Assembly (NCBI GenBank): GCA_963842085.1
Contig: CAWJET010000001.1
Span: 1,824,001-1,888,000 of the forward strand
Length of the DNA stretch: 64,000 nucleotides
Origin: an uncultured delta proteobacterium
GTDB lineage: Bacteria > Desulfobacterota > Binatia > Binatales > Binataceae
Reading direction: 5' to 3'
A program made the translations under genes and the position numbers. Shown in pieces: positions 1 to 9,453 of this stretch; within the stretch, counting starts at the first letter, position 1; every line of letters starts with the position of its first letter. Below the pieces are notes generated by a model. It was not told where the DNA came from. It did not search any database and saw nothing but the letters and a program-made list of their open reading frames with translations.

Positions 1-728
1 TGACCGGCGTAAAACAGCGAAAGATAGAGCGCATAGAGAAAAAACAAGCTCAGACGCGGCCGGATGTCGAAAATCAGGAGCAGCGACAGCGCCGCACCCG
101 CCCAGCATACGGCCCGAATGGCAAAATCGCTTTGGTCCAGCCAGAACACCATCGGAACCCGCCAGTAGCTTTCTGAACCAAGCTGGCTCCGGACAGCGCC
201 GGCGAATTCGGATAGCGGCAGGATGCCGTGGCTACCGATCAATCCCAACGCCTGCACGCCAAATGAAACAAAGGCGGCAAGATAAATCAGCCCTATGGCT
301 CGCAGAAACAGCCAGGCAACCAGATCGAAACGCGGCGGCTCATAGTCGCGCCCCCATAGCCATAGGCTCGTGGGGTAAAGCGCGGAGCGGTACGCAGCAG
401 CGAACGCGTACATGCGCTCGGCGACTGCTGCAAAGCCGGGAACATGCCGATAAAGCGTCAGCCAGAAGCCTTTGCCGCTCGCGTGCCTTAAGGTAAGGAG
501 AACGGCTTCGGCGCCGCTCGCGATTTTTCCATCGGGCGCTACGTATTGAACGGCGCGCTGGAACGCGGCCACAGGAATTTCCGGAAATTGTGCGGCGACT
601 TCCTGGTACGGCGCGTAAGTCACGCGATGACCGGTGAGTCTCTGCCAATAGCGCACCCAGTAGAGGCAGAACCCGCAATCACCGTCATAGATCAGAAGCG
701 GCTGGCCGAGGACCGTTGTCGTTTGCAT
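1..728 (-). CDS. DCC1-like thiol-disulfide oxidoreductase domain fused to lipase maturation factor (LMF1) family membrane protein; runs off the window edge
   Basis: Manual translation from ATG at 728: MQTTTVLGQPLLIYDGDCGFCLYWVRYW...(DxxCxxC motif)...WLFLRAIGLIYLAAFVSFGVQALGLIGSHGILP...LYLSLFYAG, which matches the LMF N-terminus. Absent from the ORF track because there is no stop in the window. Confidence 0.88.
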   Translation of the reverse strand, partial: MQTTTVLGQPLLIYDGDCGFCLYWVRYWQRLTGHRVTYAPYQEVAAQFPEIPVAAFQRAVQYVAPDGKIASGAEAVLLTLRHASGKGFWLTLYRHVPGFAAVAERMYAFAAAYRSALYPTSLWLWGRDYEPPRFDLVAWLFLRAIGLIYLAAFVSFGVQALGLIGSHGILPLSEFAGAVRSQLGSESYWRVPMVFWLDQSDFAIRAVCWAGAALSLLLIFDIRPRLSLFFLYALYLSLFYAG

Positions 729-805
729 CACTCCAGATTATGCCCGAAGAGTAAAAGAAGGTCGTGGCGGATCTTAATCCGGAGGACGATGCGGCTCACC
801 GTCAA

Positions 806-2929
806 TCAGGCGGACGCGGCGCTGGCGGCGACAATCCGCTCGCGCGTGATCGGCAAATCCCGGATGCGGAAATCGAGCGCCCGCGCTACTGCATTCGCCA
901 CGGCTGCGGCGGCGGGACCCTGGGCCGCCTCTCCCACGCCGAGCGGTGGGCAGTCTGGGCGCTCGATCAGCTCGACCTCGAGTTCCGGCACTTCATCGAA
1001 GCGCAGAATAGGATACTCTTCCCAGGTCCTGGTGGTCACGCGGCGGCCGTCGAAGACGACTTGTTCCTTGAGCGTCCAGCTGATCGATTGCACGATGCCG
1101 CCTTCGATCTGATTGAGCACCCCGTCCGGATTGATCACCAGGCCCGCATCGACCGCGCCGACGACCTTCGAGACGCGTACGTCCTGATCAACTTCGACCT
1201 TCGCGATCACTGCCACGTATGCGGCCGTGTTCTTGTATCGCGCGAAACCGATACCCGCCGCGCGGCCTTTGCCGCGTTCCGCATCGAATTGCCAGCCCGC
1301 TAAGCGCACCGCGGTCTCGATTACACGGCGCGCGCGCGGGTCCGACAAATAACGCAGCCGGAACTCGACTGGATCGGCGCCTGCGGCGTCGGCCAATTCG
1401 TCCATAAACGATTCGGCGGCGAACACGTTCGCGTAGCCGCCCAGCGTGCGCAGCGCGGAAGTGCGAAACGGCAGGCCCGGGAGGCTGTGCAGCACAATCT
1501 TTCGATGCGGCACCTCGTACGCCGGCTCAGAATTTCGGGCACCGCCGGCAAATCCCGACAGGACTTCGTACGCCTCGGGGAAAGGGATCGGCGGCTCGAC
1601 GTGCGCCGCGGCCAGCAGATTGACCGGTCCGTGCGCCCGGGGACGCTGGCCGTGTGGTCCGCTCCAGATCTCGCTGGACCAATCGACGATGTCGCCGGCC
1701 GGGGTCACCGCGCTCTCCATCTTAATCACCATCGGCGAGCCCAGCGGCGACCATGCGAGCTCGTCTTCGCGGTTCCACTGGATTCGTACGGGACGCGACG
1801 GGACCTGGCGCGCCAGCAGGGCCGCGTCCAGCGCGACATCATCGGCGCCGTTGTGTCCGTAGACTCCGGCGCCTTGGGCGTGAATCACCGCGACGCGCGA
1901 CTCGTCGAGACCGAGAGCTGATGCGAGCGCACCCCGGAGCGGGAAGACACCTTGCGAGTGCGTCCATACCGTCAGACGGCGTTCGTCATAAACGGCGACT
2001 GCGCACGACGGCGCCATCGATGCGTGCGCTAGAGGCGGCCGCGAATAAGTCGCCGACAAGCGCCGCACGCTCGCCGTCCCAAACGGGCGCTCGCCCACCT
2101 CGGTCTCCGAATCGATCGCGCGCAACGTCGGCAGCAATTCGCGCCAGCTGCGAGTGTCGGCGGACACTTCGCTCTCGATCCAGCGCGCGCCTGCACCCAG
2201 CGCTTCGAGCGCCTTGACGGCCTGGTATTCGCGCTCGCAACAAACGCCCACGAAGTCGCCGCTCCGCCAGATTTTCACTACGCCGGGCAGACGCTCCACC
2301 GCCGACGTATCCAGCGAACCCAGCCGCGCGCCGTACGAAGGCGGCCGCAGCACGCGTCCGTGCAGCATTCCCGGCAATTCGAGGTCGTGGATGAAGGCGG
2401 CGCCTGCGACCTTCGCGGGAAGGTCGAGACGCGCAACGCTCTTGCCAAGAGCAGTTGAGTTCCCCGGCGTCGCGAACGGGGCCGTTCCCGTGACCGGCCG
2501 CTTCCAATCAACCTTGCGGGCGACCTGCCAATAGTCGAGCCCCGATGGCGCCCCGTCGAGAAGAATGAGCCCGCCATCGGCAGCAACGCGGGACTCCTCC
2601 GCGTCCAGCATGCGCGCGGCGCTCTCGACGAGCGCGTGGCGCGCCTCGGCACACGCCATCCTGACGGAGGTGCCGCCCACTTCGATCGACATACTGCCGG
2701 CGGTGTAGCTTTCATTCGGGCAGGAGCGCGTATCGCCCGACACGACTGCCACCTTCGACATCGGCAGTTTGAGCTCCGTGGCCGCGATTTGCGCGATAGC
2801 GGTGACGATTCCCTGTCCGATCTCGACCTTGGCTGAAAACACGCGCGCGATGCCCGGTTGGCTGAGATCGACCCACTGGCTAAGCAGCGGATTCTCGTGG
2901 ATGCTCCAGGGAAGGTTTGGCGGAGTCAT
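806..2929 (-). CDS. Xanthine dehydrogenase-family molybdopterin-binding subunit (nicotinate dehydrogenase B / isoquinoline oxidoreductase beta-like)
   Basis: Motifs KVEIGQGIVTA, TAGSMS, AVDAGLVINPDGVLNQIEGG and GVGEAAQGP. ATG at 2929 overlaps the stop of the 2Fe-2S gene (ATGA). Confidence 0.9.
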   Translation of the reverse strand: MTPPNLPWSIHENPLLSQWVDLSQPGIARVFSAKVEIGQGIVTAIAQIAATELKLPMSKVAVVSGDTRSCPNESYTAGSMSIEVGGTSVRMACAEARHALVESAARMLDAEESRVAADGGLILLDGAPSGLDYWQVARKVDWKRPVTGTAPFATPGNSTALGKSVARLDLPAKVAGAAFIHDLELPGMLHGRVLRPPSYGARLGSLDTSAVERLPGVVKIWRSGDFVGVCCEREYQAVKALEALGAGARWIESEVSADTRSWRELLPTLRAIDSETEVGERPFGTASVRRLSATYSRPPLAHASMAPSCAVAVYDERRLTVWTHSQGVFPLRGALASALGLDESRVAVIHAQGAGVYGHNGADDVALDAALLARQVPSRPVRIQWNREDELAWSPLGSPMVIKMESAVTPAGDIVDWSSEIWSGPHGQRPRAHGPVNLLAAAHVEPPIPFPEAYEVLSGFAGGARNSEPAYEVPHRKIVLHSLPGLPFRTSALRTLGGYANVFAAESFMDELADAAGADPVEFRLRYLSDPRARRVIETAVRLAGWQFDAERGKGRAAGIGFARYKNTAAYVAVIAKVEVDQDVRVSKVVGAVDAGLVINPDGVLNQIEGGIVQSISWTLKEQVVFDGRRVTTRTWEEYPILRFDEVPELEVELIERPDCPPLGVGEAAQGPAAAAVANAVARALDFRIRDLPITRERIVAASAASA

Positions 2930-3411
2930 CGCGCGGCTCCCTCGATCGACGCTTTCCACGCGGCCTCGATCGCTTTCACGATTCGCGCATGAGCGCCGCA
3001 GCGGCAGAGATTGGCGTCCAGCGCCGCGACGATTTTCTCGCGCAACGGCTCACCGCCGCTGCCGATTAATTCCGCGGCCGTCATGATGATTCCCGACAGG
3101 CAGTAGCCGCACTGGCCGGCCTGGAAATCGATGAACGCGCGCTGCAGCGGATGAGGCCGGTCGAGCGTGCCCAGGCCCTCAATGGTCGTGATCGATTTAC
3201 CCTCGACAGACCACACCGGCAATTCGCAAGAGCGCTGGGCATGCCCGTCAACCAGCACCGTGCACGAGCCGCAGCTTCCATCCCCGCATCCGAAGCGCGT
3301 TCCCTTGAGACCGAGGTCGTCGCGCAGGACGTAGAGCAGGGGCGTCTCAAAGTGATCGACAGTCACCCGGTGCGGCTGTCGGTTCACGACGATGGTGTGC
3401 GTGGTGCTCAT
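2926..3411 (-). CDS. (2Fe-2S)-binding small subunit of Mo-hydroxylase
   Basis: GCGDGSCGSCTV and QCGYC...NLCRC motifs. Confidence 0.95.
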   Translation of the reverse strand: MSTTHTIVVNRQPHRVTVDHFETPLLYVLRDDLGLKGTRFGCGDGSCGSCTVLVDGHAQRSCELPVWSVEGKSITTIEGLGTLDRPHPLQRAFIDFQAGQCGYCLSGIIMTAAELIGSGGEPLREKIVAALDANLCRCGAHARIVKAIEAAWKASIEGAAR

Positions 3412-3457
3412 CGACTCGGTGCGGCGGCTTGGAACGCCGTCGTTTGAAGACCTCTGG

Positions 3458-4645
3458 TTATCCTGCGCAATGGTTGAAGAATTCGATCACGGTTCGAAGG
3501 AACTCCGCCGCGGGCGCGCCGTCAACCACTCGATGGTCAAACGTCAGGCTGAGCCAGAGCATCGCGCGCTTGGCGATCGCGCCCTTGAAGACGGCTGGCT
3601 TCTCGATAATTCGCCCGACGCCGAGGATTCCGGCCTCGCCGGGATTCAGAATCGGCGTGAACGCGTCGACGCCGAACATGCCGAGGTTGGTTATGGTAAA
3701 CGTGCCTCCGGTTACGTCTTCGAGCTTGAGATTACCGGCGCGCGCCTTTTCGGCGAGCGCGCGGCTTTCGACCGCGATCTCCTGAAGCGACTTGCTCTCG
3801 GCGCGATTCACGACTGGAACGATCAGCCCCTCATCGAGTGCGACGGCGATTCCGACGTTTGCGCTTGCGGAAAGAACAATCTCCGTGCCGTTGAGGCGCG
3901 CATTCATTCGCGGATGGCGCGTCAAAGCGCGCGCGACCGAATAAATCATCATATCGGTGTATGAAAAATCGAATTCGCGGGACTGGCGCGCGCGAAACTC
4001 GGTCGCCGGGGTCACGTCGGCTTCGGCGGTGATGGTGATCTGCGCGCTGGCGTGCAGGCTCTGATGCATCCGCTCGGCAATCACCTTGCGCACGCCGCGA
4101 AACGCGACGCGCTCGCCAGACGGCGCCGCACCCGACAACGGCGGCTGCGTTTTCGTCGAGGAGTGGGCTGTGCGCTCGACGTCATCGCGAGTGATCCGTC
4201 CGCCGGGACCGGTGCCTTCGACGCTATCGAGATTGACGCCGAGCTCAGACGCGAGTTTGCGGGCAACCGGGCTTGCGCTGCGCCGCGCATTGGCGGTGGC
4301 TGTGACGCTTTGATTGTACGGCGGCGGCGAGGTCGCGGGTGAGCCTTGATTGGCCGGGCGCGACGCCGATTTTACGTAACGCGCCGCGATCGTCGCGACA
4401 TCTTCGCCCGCCTCGGCGATCACCGCTACCGCAACGCCGCATTCAATCGTTTCGCCTTCGTCGAACAGCGTGGTCGCCAGCGTACCCGACGCGGGAGCCT
4501 CGACCTCGTAGAGAACTTTCTCGGTCTCGACCTCGTAGAGCGGTTCGCCCGCGCGGACGCGCTCGCCAGCGGCCTTGAAGAACCGCTGAATCGTTCCTTC
4601 ATGCATCGTCAGCCCGAACTTGGGCATCGTAACTTCAACTGCCAC
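3458..4645 (-). CDS. acoC: Dihydrolipoamide acetyltransferase (E2) of acetoin/pyruvate dehydrogenase-type complex
   Basis: Lipoyl domain (VTMPKFG...EVETEKV), E3-binding ASPVARKLA...GTGPGGRITRDD, catalytic DHRVVDGA. Start placed at GTG 4645. Confidence 0.85.
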   Translation of the reverse strand: MAVEVTMPKFGLTMHEGTIQRFFKAAGERVRAGEPLYEVETEKVLYEVEAPASGTLATTLFDEGETIECGVAVAVIAEAGEDVATIAARYVKSASRPANQGSPATSPPPYNQSVTATANARRSASPVARKLASELGVNLDSVEGTGPGGRITRDDVERTAHSSTKTQPPLSGAAPSGERVAFRGVRKVIAERMHQSLHASAQITITAEADVTPATEFRARQSREFDFSYTDMMIYSVARALTRHPRMNARLNGTEIVLSASANVGIAVALDEGLIVPVVNRAESKSLQEIAVESRALAEKARAGNLKLEDVTGGTFTITNLGMFGVDAFTPILNPGEAGILGVGRIIEKPAVFKGAIAKRAMLWLSLTFDHRVVDGAPAAEFLRTVIEFFNHCAG

Positions 4646-4673
4646 AGTCAGTTCCGCAATTTGCCATGCCTGC

Positions 4674-5645
4674 TTATCGTCCGACCACGTCGCGAATCGC
4701 GGCTTCGATGCGAGCCTCGTCCGCGATGGCCGCCTTTTCGAGCGGCGGACTGAACGGAATCGGCACGTCCAGCGACGTGACACGGCGGACCGGCGCATCG
4801 AGGAAGTCGAAGCCCTTGTCAGCGACGATCGCGGCGATATCTGCGGCGGCGCCGCCGCGCAGATGGCCTTCGTCGGCGATCACGACGCGATTGGTTTTCT
4901 CGACCGAAGCGAGGATCGCATCTTCGTCGAGTGGCACCAGCGTGCGCGGATCGATCACTTCAACCGAGATTTTTTCCTGCTCGAGCCTGGCCGCGACGCT
5001 CATCGCCTTCGGCACCATCGCGCCGATCGCCACCACCGTAACGTTCTCGCCTTGCCGCTTGACGGCGGCCTTGCCGAGCGGCACCAGGTGCTCGCCGGCG
5101 GGGATATCCTCCTTGAGGCGGCCGAGCGCACCGTGCTCGAAAACAATCACGGGATTGTTGTCGCGGATAGCGCTCTTGAGCAGGCCCTTCATATCCGACG
5201 GCCCCGAAGGCACGACCAGCTTGAGGCCCGGGACGCTCAGAAACTGCGCGTACACCGTCTCGGAATGCTGCGCGGCCGCGCCACCCATCGCGCCGAACAC
5301 GGCGCGAAACGTGATCGGCATGGTGGCCTGTCCGCCGGACATGTAGCGGAGCTTGGCGGCCTGGTTGCAGACCTGGTCGAAGGCGCAATAGAAGAAGCTG
5401 GCGAATTCGACTTCGCAGATTGGCCGCGTCCCCGCCATCGCGGCGCCGACCGCAGCGCCGACGAAGCCGGCCTCCGAAATCGGGGTGTTGCGCACGCGCT
5501 TGGCGCCGAACTTGTCGACCAAGCCCTTGGTCGCGCCGAACGCGCCGAGCACGACGTCCTCGCCCATCAGGAAGGTCAGCGGATCGCGTTCCATTTCTTC
5601 GGCGATGGCCTGGTTTATCGCCTGGATAAAATTGGTTTGCGGCAT
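4674..5645 (-). CDS. acoB: Acetoin/pyruvate dehydrogenase E1 beta subunit
   Basis: GEDV...RVRNTPISEAGFVG, AAQHS and IDPRTLVPLD motifs. Confidence 0.88.
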   Translation of the reverse strand: MPQTNFIQAINQAIAEEMERDPLTFLMGEDVVLGAFGATKGLVDKFGAKRVRNTPISEAGFVGAAVGAAMAGTRPICEVEFASFFYCAFDQVCNQAAKLRYMSGGQATMPITFRAVFGAMGGAAAQHSETVYAQFLSVPGLKLVVPSGPSDMKGLLKSAIRDNNPVIVFEHGALGRLKEDIPAGEHLVPLGKAAVKRQGENVTVVAIGAMVPKAMSVAARLEQEKISVEVIDPRTLVPLDEDAILASVEKTNRVVIADEGHLRGGAAADIAAIVADKGFDFLDAPVRRVTSLDVPIPFSPPLEKAAIADEARIEAAIRDVVGR

Positions 5646-5669
5646 GACGATACCTCCGCGGGCGGCCGC

Positions 5670-6650
5670 TCAGGTGTTGTTGTAAACGTCGTCGGTGACT
5701 TCCGACGCCGCGGGCAGTTCGCTCGAGCGTGCAAATTCGACCGCGGCGGCGAGTTCCTTTTCGGTGTCGGCGACGATCTGCTTGAGTTCGGCCGAGCTGA
5801 TCTTGCCGCTCTCGGCGCACCACTTTTCGAAGCGAAGCAGCGGGCATCTGCGCTTCCATTCCTCGACTTCGGACTTCTCGCGATACGCGCCGTCGCCAAG
5901 AAAGGCCTGCTCGCCGACGACGTGCCCCTCCCATCGATAGGTCTTGCATTCGAGCAGGGTGGGACCTTCGCCGGCGCGGGCGCGCGCGACGGCCTCACTG
6001 GTGTAGCGAAAGACCTCGAGCACGTCGTTGCCATCGACGATATAGCCGGGGATGTCGTAGGCCTTGGCGCGCACCGCGATGTCCCTGACCGAGGTCACGC
6101 TCGCCATCGGAGTGAACTCGCCGAAGCCGTTGTTCTCGCATACGAAGACGACTGGCAACTTCCAGACCGCCGCCAGGTTCAGCGACTCGTGGAAAGTGCC
6201 TTCGTTGGAGGCGCCGTCGCCAAAGAACGCCGCGGTGACATCGTCCTTGCCGGCGATCACGGCGCCCAGCGCGGAGCCGGTGGCAATCGGCAGTCCAGCG
6301 CCGACGATCCCGTTGGCGCCCAGGATGCCGAGCGAGTAGTCGACGATATGCATCGAGCCGCCCTTGCCTTTGCAGTAGCCGGTGCGCTTGCCGAATATCT
6401 CCGCCATCATGCGATCGAGCCGTCCGCCCTTGGCGATCAGATGTCCGTGCCCGCGATGGGTTGACGTGATGCGGTCGGTCTTGCGCAGCGCGGCGCAGAC
6501 GCCGGTGGCGGAAGCTTCTTCGCCGATCGAGACGTGGACGAAGCCGGGAATCTCGGCGGCCATCGCGAGGTCGCGCGCCTTGGACTCGAAATGCCGGATC
6601 TTCTGCATAGTGCGGTACATCTCGAGCAATTTATCTTTGCTGATATCCAT
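5670..6650 (-). CDS. acoA: Acetoin/pyruvate dehydrogenase E1 alpha subunit (ThDP-dependent)
   Basis: STHRGHGH, GKGGSMH, ThDP motif GDGASNEG...ENN, TYRWEGH. Confidence 0.88.
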   Translation of the reverse strand: MDISKDKLLEMYRTMQKIRHFESKARDLAMAAEIPGFVHVSIGEEASATGVCAALRKTDRITSTHRGHGHLIAKGGRLDRMMAEIFGKRTGYCKGKGGSMHIVDYSLGILGANGIVGAGLPIATGSALGAVIAGKDDVTAAFFGDGASNEGTFHESLNLAAVWKLPVVFVCENNGFGEFTPMASVTSVRDIAVRAKAYDIPGYIVDGNDVLEVFRYTSEAVARARAGEGPTLLECKTYRWEGHVVGEQAFLGDGAYREKSEVEEWKRRCPLLRFEKWCAESGKISSAELKQIVADTEKELAAAVEFARSSELPAASEVTDDVYNNT

Positions 6651-6710
6651 GAAGGACTTGCCTCCGTGAGGATTCGGGGAAATGCGCGTTGAATGTCCCC
6701 GGCGAGCGGA

Positions 6711-6739
6711 AAACTATTCCCAACCGCAGCAACCGTCAA
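6711..6739 (-). promoter_or_regulatory. Candidate sigma70-type promoter for the aco-like operon
   Basis: Minus strand reads TTGACG-17 nt-TAGTTT, about 60 nt upstream of the E1 alpha start. Confidence 0.45.
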
Positions 6740-6815
6740 ATGAGCGAATAGCGGCGGTTCTTTCAGCCGCGACGGCGACGGTTGCGCCACGGCGTTGGCG
6801 CTGCTCATCCAGAGT

Positions 6816-7622
6816 TTATTTTCCCTGGAATTTGGGCTTGCGCTTTTCTGCGAAGGCAGTCGCCGCCTCGCGATGGTCTTCGGTGTTGAAGCTCATCATC
6901 TCATACGCGATCGACGCGTCCAGGATCAAATTGACCTGCTGCTTGAGCCATTTGTTGACCGACAGCTTGGTCCATCGGATCGCCCACGTCGGGCCGTCGG
7001 CCAATTCGCCCGCGATTTCCCGAGCCTTGGATAGCACCTGGTCTCCCGGCACGGCGTGATTGACCAGCCCCATTTTCGCGGCCTCTGATCCGCTGATGAA
7101 CGTTCCTCGCATCAGGAATTCCTTGGCCCGCGCCGGACCCACTAGGAGCGGCCAGATGACTGCGCCGCTGTCGCCGGCAACGATTCCGACCTTGACGTGG
7201 GTATCGGCGATCCGCGCGGTTTCAGAGGCGACGATAACGTCCGACAGCAGCGCGATATTCGCGCCGAGCCCCATCGCGTCGCCATTCACCGCGGCTATGA
7301 TCGGCTGCTCGACGTCCAGCAGGTTCTGGATGATCCTGCGGCCCGCCGCGGCGATCTTGAGCGTCCACTTTCTGCCTTCCTCGGTGCCCCAGCGCGCCGC
7401 CATCGCCTTCACGTCGCCGCCCGCTGAAAAGGCGTTGCCCGCGCCGGTCAGCAAAATCGCGTTCACTTCCTCGTCGTTGGCGAGGTCGAGCCAGATGTGT
7501 TCAAGCTCGTCGTGCAGTTCGGAATTGACCGCGTTAAGCGCTTCGGGCCGGTTCAGGGTCACCGTGGCGAGCTTGTTCTCCTTCTCGACCTTGATGCATC
7601 GATACTTCCGATAGTCGATCAT
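6816..7622 (-). CDS. Enoyl-CoA hydratase/isomerase family protein
   Basis: LNRPEALNA, AFSAGGD and AAVNGDAMGLG crotonase motifs. Confidence 0.93.
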   Translation of the reverse strand: MIDYRKYRCIKVEKENKLATVTLNRPEALNAVNSELHDELEHIWLDLANDEEVNAILLTGAGNAFSAGGDVKAMAARWGTEEGRKWTLKIAAAGRRIIQNLLDVEQPIIAAVNGDAMGLGANIALLSDVIVASETARIADTHVKVGIVAGDSGAVIWPLLVGPARAKEFLMRGTFISGSEAAKMGLVNHAVPGDQVLSKAREIAGELADGPTWAIRWTKLSVNKWLKQQVNLILDASIAYEMMSFNTEDHREAATAFAEKRKPKFQGK

Positions 7623-7737
7623 GAAGACTCCCCTCTCTTCTGACGTTGTCGCCTATGGCTCAATCGGCTACATCTGATGCCATCGGAGACATCGCTGGCC
7701 TGTTCTCAGCTCTGAAGATGAAAGCCGGTGGCCGACG

Positions 7738-8007
7738 CTAATGTGCCAATTGGCTCAAGCAGCCTCGGTTGCAGTCACCGTGTTCGGGCCACCGGGAACA
7801 TCCGGCCAGGCGGAGCCTGCTCATCCCAACTACCGACGTCATCGCAACGTAAGCGGCGTCCGCCGTGATTTGAGCAGGCTCGCCGTTTTCAGGGCAGATT
7901 ACCTCCCTGGGCTTGCTGAATTCTGCGAAGACGCTCAGCCCGACGGGTAGCAGAACGTAGGTGACGCCGATTGCAGCGATAATGCCGAGTGCGATCAAGA
8001 TATCCAT
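7738..8007 (-). CDS. Small membrane-anchored Cys-rich hypothetical protein (89 aa)
   Basis: GGAGG RBS upstream, N-terminal TM helix, four Cys (CPE...CSRWPEHGDCNRGC). Confidence 0.8.
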   Translation of the reverse strand: MDILIALGIIAAIGVTYVLLPVGLSVFAEFSKPREVICPENGEPAQITADAAYVAMTSVVGMSRLRLAGCSRWPEHGDCNRGCLSQLAH

Positions 8008-8049
8008 CGGTCAGACCTCCTGTTGATACGTAGAGACCGAGATCCTTTA

Positions 8050-8065
8050 CGCATTAATCGTACCG
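8050..8065 (-). promoter_or_regulatory. Candidate sigma54 (-24/-12) promoter
   Basis: Minus strand CGGTAC-GATTA-ATGCG (GG-N10-GC), about 43 nt upstream of the 89-aa gene. Confidence 0.5.
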
Positions 8066-8088
8066 CACCCCATGGCGAGACAACTCGG

Positions 8089-8622
8089 TCAATCACCGGG
8101 GCGCGTAATACGGAAGACGGGGTACAAAGGCGCGATCTTCGCGAACTCCGATAACTCGGCCTTGAGATCGATCTCGATATGCGGGCGCGCGCCGGGCGCG
8201 GCCCGAAGATACGCCTTCAGGATGGGCGCGCGCTCACCGACGGGCACTTCCTCGAGTCGCACCTCTTCAACACGACCGTGACGCAATGTCGCAATACCGC
8301 CGGCGGCCCGCACGTTCTGGACCCAACTCGCGTTCTGACCCAGCATCGAGACCAGGTACTGCTCCCCCGCTACCTCAGCAATCACGACGGGAGCCGAATA
8401 GACGCGGCCTGTGCGCCGCCCCACCGTTTCAAGGCTCGCCACCCACTTCGGCGAGATACCGGCGGCGAAAATCCGCGCCGATACAGAGTTCATCCATCCG
8501 GCGAGGGCGTTCGGTCTGCCTCCCGGATACAGCATCGCGCGGTACCATGACCGCGGCATCCAAAGGACGGCGCTCAAGAAGGCCGCAACGATCAGTGCCA
8601 CGATTGTGATCAGGTAGATCAA
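8089..8622 (-). CDS. Deazaflavin (F420)-dependent nitroreductase/Ddn-like family protein
   Basis: LETVGRRTGR...WVQNVRAAG...YPVFRI, typical of the Ddn/split beta-barrel family. Confidence 0.75.
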   Translation of the reverse strand: MIYLITIVALIVAAFLSAVLWMPRSWYRAMLYPGGRPNALAGWMNSVSARIFAAGISPKWVASLETVGRRTGRVYSAPVVIAEVAGEQYLVSMLGQNASWVQNVRAAGGIATLRHGRVEEVRLEEVPVGERAPILKAYLRAAPGARPHIEIDLKAELSEFAKIAPLYPVFRITRPGD

Positions 8623-8661
8623 CGTGTCTTCTCGCCGATCGTCCCGAATAGTCCAACCGCG

Positions 8662-9453
8662 CTAAATCATGAATCCGCCGTCAACGCTGATGACCTGTCC
8701 GGTAACTGCGCCGGCGGCGTCGGATGCGAGCAGCGCCGCCATCGCACCCAATTCATCGGGCTCGACGATTCGCTTCTGGATGTTCTGGCTCTCGGCGAAT
8801 CGCTTGGCCTCGGCCGCGCTCACTCCCATCATCGCGCCCAGCACATTCCAATCCACCATCCGGGTGTTGGTCCATCCGGGACATAGCACGTTCACGTTGA
8901 TGCCATGCGGGGCGGCGGCATAAGCGAGCGAGCGCGTGAAGCCGATGAGGCCGTGCTTCGCGGCCGAGTAGGCGAGCGGGCCGCCGCCGTTTTTCGCATA
9001 GCCGGAGCCGATGCTGATGATGCGGCCCCACTTCTGTTTGATCATGTAGGGCAGCGCGGCGTGAGTCGCATAGAACGCCTGGGTCAGGTTCAGGAACAGG
9101 TTGTCCTCGAACGCACGCGGGTCGTGATTGAGCGGATCGAGGTGAAGCGGGTTCTCCGCGATCACGCCGCCCGCGTTGTTGATCAGGATGTCGAGACCGC
9201 CGAGTTTGCGCGCAGCCTCATCGACGCCCGCGGTAATCCGCTCGCGGCTCATCACGTCGATGATGACCGCGAAGCCACGCTGCCCGCGCTGCCCAATCTC
9301 GCTCGCGACCGCGTCCAGCTCGCCCTGCGAGCGGGCGGCGACCGCGACGTCGGAGCCCGCGTCTGCCAGCGCAAGCGCCATCGAGCGGCCAATCCCGCGC
9401 CCGCCGCCGGTTACCAGCGCACGCCGCCCATGCAGATCAATCAGTTGCTTCAT
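8662..9453 (-). CDS. Short-chain dehydrogenase/reductase
   Basis: TGGGRGIG, NNAG and YSAAK motifs. Confidence 0.95.
   Translation of the reverse strand: MKQLIDLHGRRALVTGGGRGIGRSMALALADAGSDVAVAARSQGELDAVASEIGQRGQRGFAVIIDVMSRERITAGVDEAARKLGGLDILINNAGGVIAENPLHLDPLNHDPRAFEDNLFLNLTQAFYATHAALPYMIKQKWGRIISIGSGYAKNGGGPLAYSAAKHGLIGFTRSLAYAAAPHGINVNVLCPGWTNTRMVDWNVLGAMMGVSAAEAKRFAESQNIQKRIVEPDELGAMAALLASDAAGAVTGQVISVDGGFMI

Noticed and set aside
4620-6464. 614-aa plus-strand ORF
   Set aside because: Antisense shadow of the E1 alpha/beta genes, typical of high-GC DNA; no recognisable motifs.
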